This document shows positions 21,301-34,564 of a DNA stretch of 64,000 bases, piece after piece (position 1 is the first letter of the stretch; each line of letters starts with the position of its first letter). This DNA comes from Lingula anatina (taxonomy: Eukaryota; Animalia; Brachiopoda), in assembly GCA_051362555.1 (NCBI GenBank), contig CM120640.1, positions 66,628,788-66,692,787 of the forward strand, written 5' to 3'. The notes below the pieces were generated by a model. The model did not search any database, was not told the origin of the DNA, and saw nothing but the letters and a program-made list of their open reading frames with translations. The position numbers and the translations under genes were made by a program.

Positions 21301-24300
21301 CTGAATGTACAAATTCTCTGTATAATTTATATATGCACCATTGTTCTGACACCCTTCTCGTTTGCTTTCACAGAACTGAGGTAAACAATACTAGTTACCA
21401 TCTGAATTCCGATCTTAATCGTCCATCTAGCTGGAACTTGCTTTACCTCTTAATTAGAGGGTAAAGTGCCCTTCAGCTCACAGGTAGCTTTTGTCTTGAG
21501 TGTATCGAACGTGATATTTATCTCAGATAAAAATCTACCTGTGTGTTATTTTCAAAGAGCTGCTCCAGCAGACCTGGGGGCACTAGATAAATCTGATCGT
21601 CGGGCTAAACAAGGAGCCAGAGAAACAAAGGAAGATTGATTTTTCCTGCAAAGTTTCAAAGAATTTTGACACGGACTTGATCCAGCTTAACCCTCCAAAC
21701 TAACGGGGTGGCATGGGCAATTTTTACAAAATTTACAAACAATTAAACTTAGATATATTACAATTTTATCCTTTAATATAATTTTGGGAGGCATGCACCC
21801 GCATGTAAGCTGGGTGATGTCAGTAAGCCCCTAGTTAAATAAATATACTCTTATGAGCAAGGCTTTTCCCAGCGAACCGTCCAGCCGTCATTTGGACGGC
21901 CGCTGACATCACCGGACGGCCTATATTTTCAAAGACGGCTAGACGGCTTGCGACTTTTTTTAATGACGTCTTGACTTGTCGGGACAGCCGTGGACGTTGT
22001 AAGAAATTTTCTTAGAGTAATTTGACGTACCTAGCTTTTATGATGCGTCACAGATGAATGGTACTACTTTGTAGTGTACGCTGATATTCAGTCACGACGA
22101 AACTACTTCCTAAAGCTTACAAAACACAATAAAATGTTTCTATGAACTTTAAGATACACATTCCAACCGTATGCAGCAGTGACAAGAGTGACCTTCATGC
22201 GGTACAAAACACTAAGCAAACTACAGGCCAATTTGTGAAAGGGGACACCTTCCGGACCTTCATACGCACGGCAACTGACAAAGCTGATTGACAAAAAGGA
22301 AAATTTCAAATTTTCAGCGAGAGATCGTTTGCAATCCGAGAGAGACCAGGAGGCAATTTTCATATTTGTTAAAGAGACTTCGTAAGCCAAAGGGCGAGAC
22401 GAGAACGCAATTTTCGTATCGTCAGCGTCGCAATCCGAGTGAAACGAGAAAGCTCACACTCGTTCAGTGGCTTTCGTTTGCGGCAGATCGTCAGCCGGAG
22501 ATCGTTCTCGATTGTTTTTAGCCCTTCATCCCTCCCCATTGGAATTTATAATTTTTAAAAATATTTTTCATTTCATTTGTACATTTCAAGGGACTTCATT
22601 AGCGGAAGATCGTCAGCGGGAGATCGTGAACGATCTGAGCGAGACAAGAAAGCAATAATGGTAATCTTTATTGCAGCTCTTAATATTGCTCCAGGGCTAG
22701 ACACTAACTTTTATGAGCACCTGTCCTTCGGACAGGTGGTCATAAATTTGACCTGTCCGATTTTCAAACCAACCTGTCCAACAAAACCAATATTTTTTTT
22801 TCTATTCATACCCAGAACTTTGTAAATTAATATGTGTAGTCATACATTTAATGTATTTATTACCAAAATACTCAATCAAATGAGCTGGGAAAATGCACCT
22901 TAAAGTGAATTTATTTTCAGATAAAAAGTTGTTTTTTCATACTTGTGAACTCCTGAAGATTAAATCTTGCATATAAGTCTGATTTAACATAGTTCCAATC
23001 AGGGCTTCTCCTAGGATTTGGGGTACAGGGTCTACTAATTGTAAATCTGCAATTTGATAACAGATTCACATGAAGTTTAACCACAGCTAAAAAAAACCAA
23101 AAAAAAAAAAAAAAAAACCAAAAAAAAAAAAAAAACCTGAGCGGGAAGTGGGGAGGGGGTTCTGTTAAATTAATTTTATTAAAATATTCAAAATTAATGA
23201 TATTTGAATATAGTTCAATGAAAAGTTAAATAATATTCATTTTATAATACTTAACTTTTATTTATGTTAAGAATTTGACTTCTTTAGGGGTTATCACGTG
23301 TTTGATTTTTTTTAAATATATGAATTAAATAATATCAGTATAAAAAGTTCCCCTTCTTTTTATTTAAATTCTCATATTTGTTATTACTACCGTAATTTCT
23401 TCCTTACATCAATATCACACTGGTATATGACAGCAATGTTAATTTATCATATTCCAGCACTAATTTTTTTAACTGTAAATAACATAGGTGCTAGAGTCAT
23501 TAAAGAAAACATCATACAAAATTTCAGGTCATATTTTGGCAAATAAACAACATTTCAACAAGATCATCAGTCCAAAAGATTTCACTTTCTATAGTGAGTA
23601 GATAGCATACAACGTATTTGATTGACAGGCAGTATGTTGCCTTGACAACGAACTAGATATAGCCAGTTCATCCAGTTCAATCTGGCTTTGTACCCAGTAC
23701 AGTACCTGTGTAGTTCCTGTTTTTGGAACGGTCTTTATTACCAAAGCACGTAGATTTTGAACTAAATAATATTTAGTAAAGAACCTGAAATGTGAATAAA
23801 TTTTGTCTGATGAAGTTCTGGAGGGTGTTCACTTTCATAATTTGGCGGTAAGTTTACTCAGACTTCGTTTTGCGACTGCATGTGTTTTGTGCCAAAAGTA
23901 GGTCATTCTATTCAATGCCGTCTAGGAAGAGAATATAAGACGTTAGGATGCAACAAAAAAAAAAAAAGATTTTTTAAAGACTTTTGCTCCAAATTTCTCA
24001 CAAAACATGACCTGTCCGTCGGACAGCCAACCCTGCAACTTCACCTGTCCGAACTGAATTTTAACCTGTCCCGGACAGGCGGACAGGCGCTAATGTCGAG
24101 CCCTGTGCTCTTTTGTTCTGTTACTGAAGTCTCTACTGTTAACAATGCTATTGTGCGCCTCAGCAAAACTACCGATCGCTATCTCACACCGAATACTGCG
24201 GTGAAGAAACAACAGCCCGACAGTACAACTCTTAATAGATTCTCCTGTTATCTGAATGAATGGATATGACGATGTTGTTTAGCGTCCTAAACTAACTGCA

Positions 24301-27300
24301 CTGATCGTTATCTTGCACCTTGGGCCGCACACGTAGTACTCAGGTAAAGGTATGCTAGGGCAACATTGCCGACTGTTAGATCTTTATAAGCGCGAGAATA
24401 GCCCGGTGGCCGATTTTAAGGTGTACGAAATTCACGAAATCAAGATTGCGCAAAATTGCTTACTGGCCGAAATTCATGGTCCAGAAAAAACTCCAGACGG
24501 CCGATTTTAAGATCGTTCGAAATTCAAGAGCCGTTCGAAATTCATGGCACTTTACCGTACTATTATAGAAGCTTAACATGAACTATATAAAAAAGCTAAA
24601 TTTGGTCTTATGAATCAACCTCTTGGCTTATTCCCTTCCTATTTATTACAGCTTCTGTTCCCTACTATCACAAACAAAACCTACCTTCAAAGTCAAAAAC
24701 AACAGGTGTAGCAAGTTCATCATCCTCATCATATGGGTGAGGCATAAACTCTGGTTCATCAGCATTAACGTCTTCCTCAGGGGCATCAGACACAGAAACG
24801 ATGTCTATAAAATAAAACAAACATAAAGCTATGCAGTCACAAATTATATAGTAAAATTTTTTTTTTCATTTAGGCCTAAGAAAAAAAGTTGTTTGTTTCC
24901 TGTTACATGGTAAAGAAAAATTAGGGTAGGTCGGTAGGGATAACATTTTATTTTATTTTATTTTTTTACTCTCTCAAATCACAGGGTAGGCTACTTCTTA
25001 TTTTATTTTATTCAATGTTCCTATGTATCTTATCTGGTATTTGACATATATGAAATAAAACAATATATTATCTCTGCCAAGAAACTAACACACTATGTGA
25101 TATTTTATAGCTCCAATATTATTGATGAATATTCCAATATGGCATTGCATTGAATACTGTACAGGAATTAATTTGACAAATGACTAGATCTACTTAGTAA
25201 CACACTGAATTTCCGCCAAACTTTCGTAGTGAATTTCAAATACCATTATAGTTACTATTAAAACAAGAGCTGTCAGAAAGGACAGCAAAGCTCGCGGGGT
25301 ATATATAAATTTGTTAGCATGTAAATAACTTGAAGTATATAAATACAACTTAAATGATACTCGTAATTCTAGAGATATAACACCTTAACGCAATTTAAAA
25401 AACACACAATTCTACAATATTGCAGATGAGTGACTCCCAGCTAATTATTTCAGCTTATATATTTCTCACTTACCATTATATTAAATATAAAAGCAATATT
25501 CAGTCAGTACTTACGTGCATACATATTTGTCAAGAGAGAAATAAATACTATTGTAGTCGGAGGATGAAGCAAAGATTATTTAAAATTCTCATTATAAAGT
25601 AGCAGTAAAATAAAAAAAAGCTACCGAAAAGGAGGCTATATATGGGGGTCGGTCGGAAGCCAAAACTTTTTTTTTGCTAGTGGCTTTAAAATGTTATGGG
25701 TCGGGTACTTTTTCATAGGGATGGTCGGGTAACAGGAAACAAACAATTTTTTTTCTTAGGCCTTATTTCATCATGTTATGTGTTGTGTATAAGTAGGTCA
25801 GCTTATGACGTCACCATATCGCGAGAGCATGAGTATCTCGAGAGCGTTAGTTTAGACAGACACTGGGAGTATGAACGGATAGGAGACTGAGTTTTGTTTT
25901 GGGACTTTTGAAGGAGAATATATTTTTTTTTTTGGAACCTATTTACCACTGAACCGACACTCATATTTTCTACTGGAACTTGCATTGTAATTACTGTGGG
26001 ATTTCATCGGACACTTTCACTGAACTTTGAGCCGATTTGTCTCCATTCACTCTCCAGTCGACGGATTCACATCGGACTTTCACACAGGACACTTCAATGC
26101 TTTCAGATAGGTTTATTTGTGTATTAAGAATAGCTTATTGTTATTGTCATTAGTTTATTTAGTTTTAATAAAATATTAAAACTTCTTTAAATCTTTTGTC
26201 ATTGATTTTTGCTGGCATTGGGTACTCTGACCCGTAACATATGATTTAAATTAATTACAAAAATATCAAATACAACTGTATCATAGATAACATTGCAGCA
26301 ATAATCTGATACATAAGTAAATAGAAATATATTCTATTTGTGTTTTACCTGCAAAACCTGCCTTGTTTAACTTCTCGATGTCTATTGAGTTCATCCCTTG
26401 CTTCCAGTAATCTCCAACCTGGTTTGTGTCCTGGAGAAGCAGAAGCTTACTAACATCTAACCGCTCAATAACACTACTATACTGGCGGTAGAAATCACGG
26501 TGTACGTCCCATGTATGGCCCATGTGATTTAGTACATGTACCATGTCATTCTTATCCAGAGACAGAACCTGAAAAATATTGATATTCCATTTTCTAAATA
26601 AAAGAAATCCAAAACTGCATTCTTAAACCATATTCATTGAGATTCAAGATTCCCCTGAAATAATTAATGATGCGTGACTTTGAAGTAACTTACTTGAGTA
26701 ATGCAAGCCATGTACTTCTGCAACCTTGTAGCAACGATCAACTCTGGTCTCTCCAGGTTTCCAGCAGCCGTTACTGTGTGCTTAAGTGCATAATACCCTC
26801 GAAGTATTGAGCCGTCTATGAAAAGAAAAAAAAAGAAAGAAAATAAGACCATTTTACCTGGTTAACATAATATCTACAAGATAGAAGATTTAACCCGTAT
26901 CATGAAACAGTCTTGTCACATAAATATAAAGCTTGGCAAGTCATCCCCTCAGTATTATCTTGTTCTAACTACATCCTCCAAACTTATTGAGTTTTTGATG
27001 TGTGGAATAGGAAAATGTTCTATCTAAACTTAATTAGACCATTAAAGCTGGTATGGTTTCCCATATAAACAATATTTTTTTCTTATTTGTTCTAAATAGA
27101 AGTGAATCAATTTGATAATGGTCTAAGTCCTCATTATAGAGTTGTATTTTGTTATATAAATTATTTGATCAATCTCATCAAAATATTGTTCCCTCAGTAT
27201 TATCTTTATCTATGTCTTTAAACTGGTCATTTGAGGAAAATGAGTGTCATGAGAAAATGGGAAAACAATATGGTCAATTAGACATAGAACATTATTCAAT

Positions 27301-30269
27301 TTGCATATGGTGATATATCAAGTAGAATTACTCCCAATCTAAACATTTTCAAATATACACAAAAAGGAAAATAGTTTTTAGACATTTAAAACTCTTAAAT
27401 ATATTTTAAAAATGTAAAAACAAAAATTGATAAAAAAATGAGATTATTGAATTTTTAAATTCAATTTTCTCAAAACATTAGTTTCTAGACATAGAACAAG
27501 ATAATACTGATAGGACTAAGTGTTAGGATAAAAAACAATAAATTCACAGACAGCAACCTCAAAAGTATATGTCTGTTCAATTTTACTACAATAATTTATC
27601 TTAAAAAGACAAATACTTCAATCAGGTAGTTGGAATCTATTCATTTAAGAGCTGCTGGTAATACAGAGTAGATCTACTCACTACTGTTGCTCGTAAAGAC
27701 AAACATGCTCTCCACATGGAACTTCTTTCTGAGCTGTTCGTTTGCGATATATCCCAATGGTTTGATGCAGTCCCGAGGGATAATGAGGGGTACTTTTCGG
27801 TCTTTCTATAAAGAAATATGAGGAAGATGAATATGTAGACAGATTTATTTCCATAAGATAAAGATATTAAGTGCTACAAACCTCAAAGAACTAAATCAAT
27901 ATCTATTGAAAATGATTCCAAAAAATATGAATAAGCAAGACCTCTTACTTTTCCTCTAATTTCCACCACTTCTTGGGATGTCACCAATTTCAGTTCGACT
28001 TCATTTAAATGTTCTTTGAGGGTTTCGTGTGTTCCTTCAAGCCCCTTCGTCCGGTTAGTGTACTGCTTCATCCTGTAAAATAAGAAAATGGAATTCCAAA
28101 TAATAGCTCAAAATGAATGATAATGATACACTAAAAAAGAATAACATCACAGACAGAAGTTAACCGGAAAATGAGAGCAACAACCACATTCTTAAAACAG
28201 GCCTTACCTAAGTGTTTGAACTTCCCCTGGTCGACGTCTGTTGTAACTTATGAGTCTTGCCAGGACGAGAAGTTGTAACTCCCGGAAATCATCATGAGTC
28301 TGTGGTACTTTGAGGTTTTCTGAACTGAGTTCACCCTTCAGATATTCGGCGACCTTCACTATGTCCTCTGGTATAGGTAGTTCAATCTTCGTATTCATCC
28401 TTCTCTCCCTAAGGACATGTCGTGCCCGTTTCTTCACGTCTATACACCACTTATCCCTAAACTTATCCATAAATCTCTTGGTAACTTTTCTGTTTTTTTC
28501 TCCTCGTTCCTTGTCGTCATCATCAATGGCTATTGATATCTTGGCATGACACATTTTGATTATATCATAAGATAATTTAATTGCGTTGCTTGGAGCCTGT
28601 AAGTCCTCTTCATCATCATCACAATCTTCCACATTTCCACACACTTCGAAGGCGGCTGTAACAAAGTTCTTGTACTGCAATGGGTGTATAGCATCAAAGA
28701 AGGATAGATTTTTCTGCAGCTCATCAGTTTCTTGCAGTTTTCTCAGTTCAATGAGGAGTCTAGCAAGCAACCTCATTACCGAACTGGCGTAGTACCGCCT
28801 CATTGCTTTGTTTCCTATGTTGCGGTCCAAGCAACCATTCCCCATCTGAACAATTAGGGGGTCCGTTTTAGCAACTCTTGCGATCTCATCATTCTTCAAA
28901 ATTGTATACACTTCGTTCACTAGGTTAACCGACGCTTTAAGATCTATCCTACCAGCAAGAATATCAGACTGGAGTAGTACCTCTGAAGTCGATTCCTTAG
29001 GGTTATCAGAATTGTGACACACACAGGTTTTACGATGCCTGTAGAGAAGTTGCTTTCTCATCCATACCTTGCAGTGTGGACAAGGACCGTAGTCCTTGAC
29101 ACTCCATTCCTTACCTTCACCAGAGGACGGCCTCCTGCCTGGTATGAACATTCCATTTTCTTTTTTGATCGTTTTTAGGTTGTGTTTGTGGTTGCCACGG
29201 TAACGAATGATGTCAATCTTTTTGGATCTTTCTGTTGATCTAGACGGAAGTTTTAGTATTTCTTGAACTTCTTCCTCATCAGCATGTAAATGTAGGTGTT
29301 GTTCAAAGTTAACAAAGACTTTGTAACAGTAAGGACACACATTCAACTTGTTGTAAACGCGTTCATTTTTCTTTACATCACCCTTCTTGGAGGTAATGTC
29401 TTTTATAACAGGTACTACATAGATACCCACTATTTCACTAGCGAAAAACTTCTCTGGGATTTTACTTTCATCAAATTCAATATCAGCTGGCTCCTGAGAA
29501 CTGAACTCGTCAGGGAGATCACAGGATTTCCTGGAATTTCCACTGTATTTCATCTTTTTCTCCGGAATTTCATCATTATCATCACTATCAGCTGACTCCT
29601 TTTCAGGATCAAAATCAGGATCTCCATCACTATCACTATCACTGTCCGTAAAGCTTATGTCAATGATTTGGGAGGGAGTGGGGTGTTCGTTCTCTGTCTG
29701 CATGTTGACATCATCTCCTTTTTGCTCTGTATCACTGCTCATGACATCTTGGGGAGGGGACGGTGTAATGAGAATGTGGTTTTGGTCGCTCTGCTGTGCG
29801 GTGCCATGTCTGATGTTGGTGGGGTGTTCATTCTCTGTCTGCATGCTGACATCATCTCCTTTCTGCCCTGCGTCCCTGCTCATGCCATCTTGGGGAGGGG
29901 GTTGTGTAATGAGGCTGCGGTTCTGGTCGCTCTGCTGTGTGGTGCCATGTCCGATGCTGGTGGGCTGTTCATTTTCTGTCTGCATGCTGTCATCATCTCT
30001 GTTCCCCAAGACACCATGGGGTGGTGTAATGAGGCTGCAGCCTTGCTTGCTGATCTGTGTGGCATCATGTCTGATGGAGTGTTCGTTCTCTGTCTGCATG
30101 TCAACATCTACGTTCTGCTCTGCGTTTCCATTTTGCCCTACGTCACCGCTCATGCTGTCAGGGGAAGGAGGTGGTGCAATGAAGCTGTGGTCTTGCTCGC
30201 TTTGCTGCAAGGCATCCTGAACATCTGCCTCGAAGGCCTTCAGTGTTGAGGGCTTCTTTTTCCATTTTT
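18322..30269 (-). CDS. Spliced tyrosine recombinase, Crypton-like (~1003 aa from these exons; N-terminus further upstream)
   Basis: GT-AG exons 30269-28208, 28072-27949, 27805-27682, 26815-26694, 26568-26349, 24804-24685 and 18563-18322 join in frame to TGA. Motifs: YNRRRPGEV, RGKKDRKVPLII, ATRLQKYMA, HMGHTWDVHRDFYR, CPYC/CPHC Zn fingers, and a C-terminal Myb/SANT-like WREEEEENELRNLF..LPG. Confidence 0.9.
22230..22650 (+). repeat. Dispersed repeat with internal AGATCGTCAGCGGGAGATCG subrepeats (other copies at 31165-31630 and 20900-21080)
   Basis: Aligns directly with 31175 onward (AAAGGGGACACCTTC...). Confidence 0.75.
22692..24105. mobile_element. hAT-like non-autonomous element with a 5-bp TSD
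   Basis: TIR CAGGGCTAGACACTA / TAATGTCGAGCCCTG, TGCTC duplicated at 22687-22691 and 24106-24110, and subterminal ACCTGTCC repeats. Confidence 0.8.
24873..25762. mobile_element. PIF/Harbinger-type MITE in a YR intron
   Basis: TIR GGCCTAAGAAAAAAA..TTGTTTGTTTCCTGTTAC / GTAACAGGAAACAAACAA..TTCTTAGGCC, with TTA TSD. Confidence 0.8.
25781..26239 (+). mobile_element. Solo LTR (459 bp)
   Basis: TGTT...AACA ends, 4-bp TSD TATG on both sides, and AATAAA at ~26167. Confidence 0.75.
26946..27515. mobile_element. MITE in a YR intron
   Basis: Inverted TCAGTATTATCTTGTTCTA / TAGAACAAGATAATACTGA. TSD not resolved. Confidence 0.55.
29680..30210 (-). repeat. Coding minisatellite in the YR N-terminal region (~4 units of ~42-52 aa)
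   Basis: QQSxQxxxLITPPP..D.MS.D.GQ.GDDV.MQTENEHPT repeated in frame. Confidence 0.85.
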
Positions 30270-33200
30270 CTAAAAAAAAAAGAACAAAAAATATGCATGA
30301 ATTGTTGCTGGGCTATTCACCAGTGTTCACTAGAATAGATGTATACAATTGTTTCTATACCAAAACACCACTTACAAATTGTGTAACTTTAGTAAAATCA
30401 AGCAGGGCAAAGTCTGATGTTTATAAAAAGTAGGATAGAGGGGTACAGCTACAGGATTAATTTCGAAGACACTTTAATAGCCTTGGTTTATAATCCTTAT
30501 GGTAGTTAAACGACTATTATCGGTGCGTTAATTATAGGGAATTAAACCTTAAGCCGTTGGGACCCAGCAGCGATAAATACTACTCTAACTCGGCCTAAAT
30601 TTACTCAGCTCGCTTTTAGCCACCCACTGTGAGCAGGACACCATCATCAATAGAAAAGTACTCCTGCACTTTCATTTAGATAAACAGGGTGATAAACCCG
30701 ATGGGGTGAAAATACCGGCCTTTGTTAGTCAGAACAATAGCAGCCCTCGGATCGCGTCGCGTATTTCTCTAATTAAATGCTCTCAAATTGCCTTATACTG
30801 TTGAATAACCACGAAGAAAAAATAATAACTGAAAGTCCTTGAATAATCCCACCTTTTATAATACTTTTTTTTACATTTCAAATGACGAACATTTTGCTGT
30901 TGCGAAACACGCTAGTAAAAATCGCGCGCTATCTTTCCCGACTTGCGTTTATTCAATTTGATGCACTATAAAATTAAGAAATTTAAAAGTTATAATTATA
31001 TCATTATCAAGGTATTTTATTTCAATTTAAAAAAAATAAATAGTGTATGTATCACAGCTGCATAAATTTTCATCATTATTCTAGTTCTAGTCGTACACCT
31101 TGATACACCGCAGTAGGGTTATAAGATTGCAGTCATTTTAATTATTCGTATGACAAACAAACTGCCAAATTATGAAAGGGGACACCTTCAGGACCTCCAT
31201 ACATAAGGCACCTGGCAAAGCTGATAGACAAAAAGGCAATTTTCAAATTTTCAGCGCGAGATCGTTTGCAATCCGAGAGAGACGAAGAGGCAATTTTCAT
31301 ATCTGCTAAAAAGACTTCGTTAGCCCAGGGAATTATATCCGATAAAATTGCCTGGTAAGCCAAAGAGCAAGACGAGAACGCAAGTTTCGTATCGTCAGCG
31401 GGAGATCGTTCGCAATCCGAGTGAAACGATAATGCAATTCTCATATCCGTTCAAAAGCTTCTGTTTGCGGAAGATCGTCAGCCGGAGATCGTTCTCGATC
31501 TAAGCGAGACGAAGAGGCAATTTTCATATTCATTCATGGGAATTGGTTCGCAAAAGAGTGTCAGCGGCAGATCGTTATCGATTGTTATTAACCCTCCATT
31601 CCCATTGATATTTATTATTTTATAAAATATTTTTCCACTTCATCACACTCCTACCCCATTTGGACAGCCTGTATCCCAATCCTAGAAAAAAGGCTTGGTT
31701 CTGGGTGAAATGATGTAATGGAACTTAATTGAATAGCCGCAATATATTTAATTTTATCTGATGATTTTATTACTGGTGAAAACTTAGCTATGATATTTGG
31801 CGAATTAAATTTATTTTAAATTTACATTTAACCGTACCTGGGAATTTTGAAAATCTGTGCTTAGAATTCTAAAAGGTCAGGTTACGCCCCTGATCCTTAA
31901 CCTACCCCTCGCTGGTTAATTACTAGTTTACTTAACATCACAAAACGCAGTAGATCACTTTCCTGAAACCGCACTAATACGTGTATCAACAGATTTGCTC
32001 GCGGGTTTATGTAAAGGGTGGTTGATTTTAACTTGTGTATAGGCAGAGCTTAGGTTTTGCGTAGCTCGTGAAGTTTATATGCACTTTTTCTCAAAAATGT
32101 TTTAACATGTCCTGCCCCACCAGTCAGCTTTTGTTCATTACATCCGGGATATAGCGGTTTTGTTCATGTCTCTTAAATATATGAGTCGTCGTAGAAACTT
32201 CCAACACTTTACTTGCTTCATGAAATTCTGCCCTTCCATATCAAAGTCGAACATTCTGCGTGTGTTGCTAGACTTTGTTTTGATTATTTTTAGCGACACA
32301 AGTTGCCCTTACGCGTTAACAAGAGTTGCAGCTCTTTGTTAGTAACGAGCTAATTGCACTCTAAACCTACCCCTGGCTGGTTAATTACTAGTTTAGTAAA
32401 CAGTACAAAATGCAGTACAAAACGAAGATCACTTTCCTAAAACAGAAAAAAAAATTCTGTATCAGTTCATATATGCTGTCTCATTCATCTTCACTACACA
32501 AATATGAGCGGTACATGTAGCTGTCGTGTGTACTGGGTAAGGGGGTGGCAGTGAAACATTTGTTATAAATATAGACACAAATAATGTTCGCATCCTTCAC
32601 CCCCTGGTAAATAATTTAAAAAGTGGGTGAAAGATATGTATTGTAGGGTGGCGTTCCGTATTTGTTTTTATTATCTTATCATTTTCTTTTGTGTGAACGT
32701 TCTTTGTCATGAAGTGCGTTGAGTCAGATGGTTTTATCCCCCGAAAAGCTGAACGATTCACTGTCCATCTCATGCGTGTGACAGTTGCTTCTTATATATA
32801 TTTGTTTTAATTTTGTTCGCAATGTATGTATATTATTTGGTATACGTTGCGGTGTACAGAATGTGGTCACAGACATAAATATTTGCATCGTGATAGACTG
32901 GGCATCGAGATCTAGGTGGAGAAGGCAAATTAGGTTTATAACGAAGTTTATGGCCACAGTAATTAGTGGTCGATTTCTCACCTCATTCTCTTCAACCAGA
33001 GGTACAATGTAGTTACAGATAACCATCGCCTGTCTTTATTTCAGGGACATTAGTGCTGGCTCATGACAGCATTGATAGTTTCCTACTCTTTTGTCACTTC
33101 CTCTTCCATTGTCTGTTGAGGTATGTCCGATGAATACCGATAAGGACAGAGATATCAGCACGCATATAACAATACTGCTGGAAGGCTCAAAATTATCACA

Positions 33201-34564
33201 GTTTATGTAATTTTATTTCAAAGATCAACTTAAAGATTGAAAGCACTCACTACCAACACTCGAAATTTGTACAAATACTTTTTTCGAAATGAACGTTCTC
33301 AAACGGAATGTTGAGATGTTGGTATGTGCTTTGTAGGCTGTTGATTGAGATCGGGTTCAGCCCCGTCGTAAGAAAAAATATGTTATAGTGATCCAAAACT
33401 ATGCGATATTATACTCATTTTTGCTTTATTATTATTTAAGATATATTATAATAACATCTGTAGGTGAAACAAGAATGTAGTGATGAAAAAAAAGTAGGAG
33501 GGAAAACCAGAGGACTAGCAGACTCCTTATATAAAATAATGACAGGGAGAAAACCTGATGTGAGAGTGGCCTTTGTCTTCTGTCTTTCTTTCAAATTTTA
33601 CTGCACTGCAGATACCAATGTTTCTAACTTTTTTGTTGAAGAATGCTGATACTGGTACGTGTTACTTTGGAACGCTTGGCCCACGTAGCATCCTAGGGGT
33701 ATTTAAGTTTTCACTGAGACAGGAAAAAAAAAACAGAAGAAAAAATTGCTGAAGTGTTTCCTTTTATTTATACTGATGAATCTGTTATCTGTTTGCCAAA
33801 AAGCATTTTTGGTTTGACCACATTCTCTATTGTGTCTGTCTGAAGAGAAAAAAGGAAACAGGGTATATATTAGAAGCGTTTTACTTGGGAGGGGGGGTCT
33901 ACATATTCAATATACAATGTGTATGCGTACATGAAGAACAATTGCATTATTTTAAAGAAGGTTTAATTACGTTTTGTTTACATTAATACAAACGCTGGAT
34001 AATTTTTACAGAAAGTTAATTGTCCTTAAAACGTCCTATATTTTATCAAATTTTCAGCAAGCAATAATCTGTAAAATGAAGCAAATAAAAACAAACAATT
34101 TAAACACTGAAAATTCTTATGAAAATCAGGCTATTTAAGGGCCCTTTTATTACTTTATATGAAAAACGGACCTATTTAAAACAACAACTTTTACCATCAA
34201 GCAAATGTTGATAACAAAATAATACTATTCATTGCATGCAGTGAATATGTTAGTTCGAACGTTAGTTTGATCTTTTTTTCCACAATTTAAAAGTTTAACT
34301 GTTTTAAAGTTTTAACTTGTTACTTAAAAGTCTAATTTAGTTTAATAGTCTAACCGAACAAATGTTGATTCCATGCAATTAATGGTTATAAAATTTAAGT
34401 TGACTTTTAGATGAAACATTAAAACAAAAATAGTGAGCAACATGGCAACATAAAAACGACCGCAAACAAACCAATAAATTAACACTGTGGTCGGATAACG
34501 CATGTACATGTGCCTACATCGTCTGAATTACCTTTGTTACCGTACTTGTAACCTGGAATTCAAT

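Larger units (their letters stand above)
18711..24557. mobile_element. Tc1/mariner-pogo-type non-autonomous element in the last YR intron
   Basis: 25-bp TIR CGGTTATGTGCCATGAATTTCGAAC / GTTCGAAATTCATGGCACTTTACCG (2 mismatches), TA TSD, and an acidic SGSEFSGF remnant at ~20450. Confidence 0.8.

Noticed and set aside
29296-30249. Plus-strand ORFs of 99-193 aa
   Set aside because: Antisense shadows of the repetitive YR exon.
21161-31892. CAGGGGCGTAACC ... GGTTACGCCCCTG as TIRs of one 10.7-kb hAT carrying the YR gene
   Set aside because: There is no matching TSD (GTTTGCGA vs ATCCTTAA). It would cut the YR gene and cross the Tc1/mariner boundary, and a third end at 769 shows these are scattered MITE fragments.
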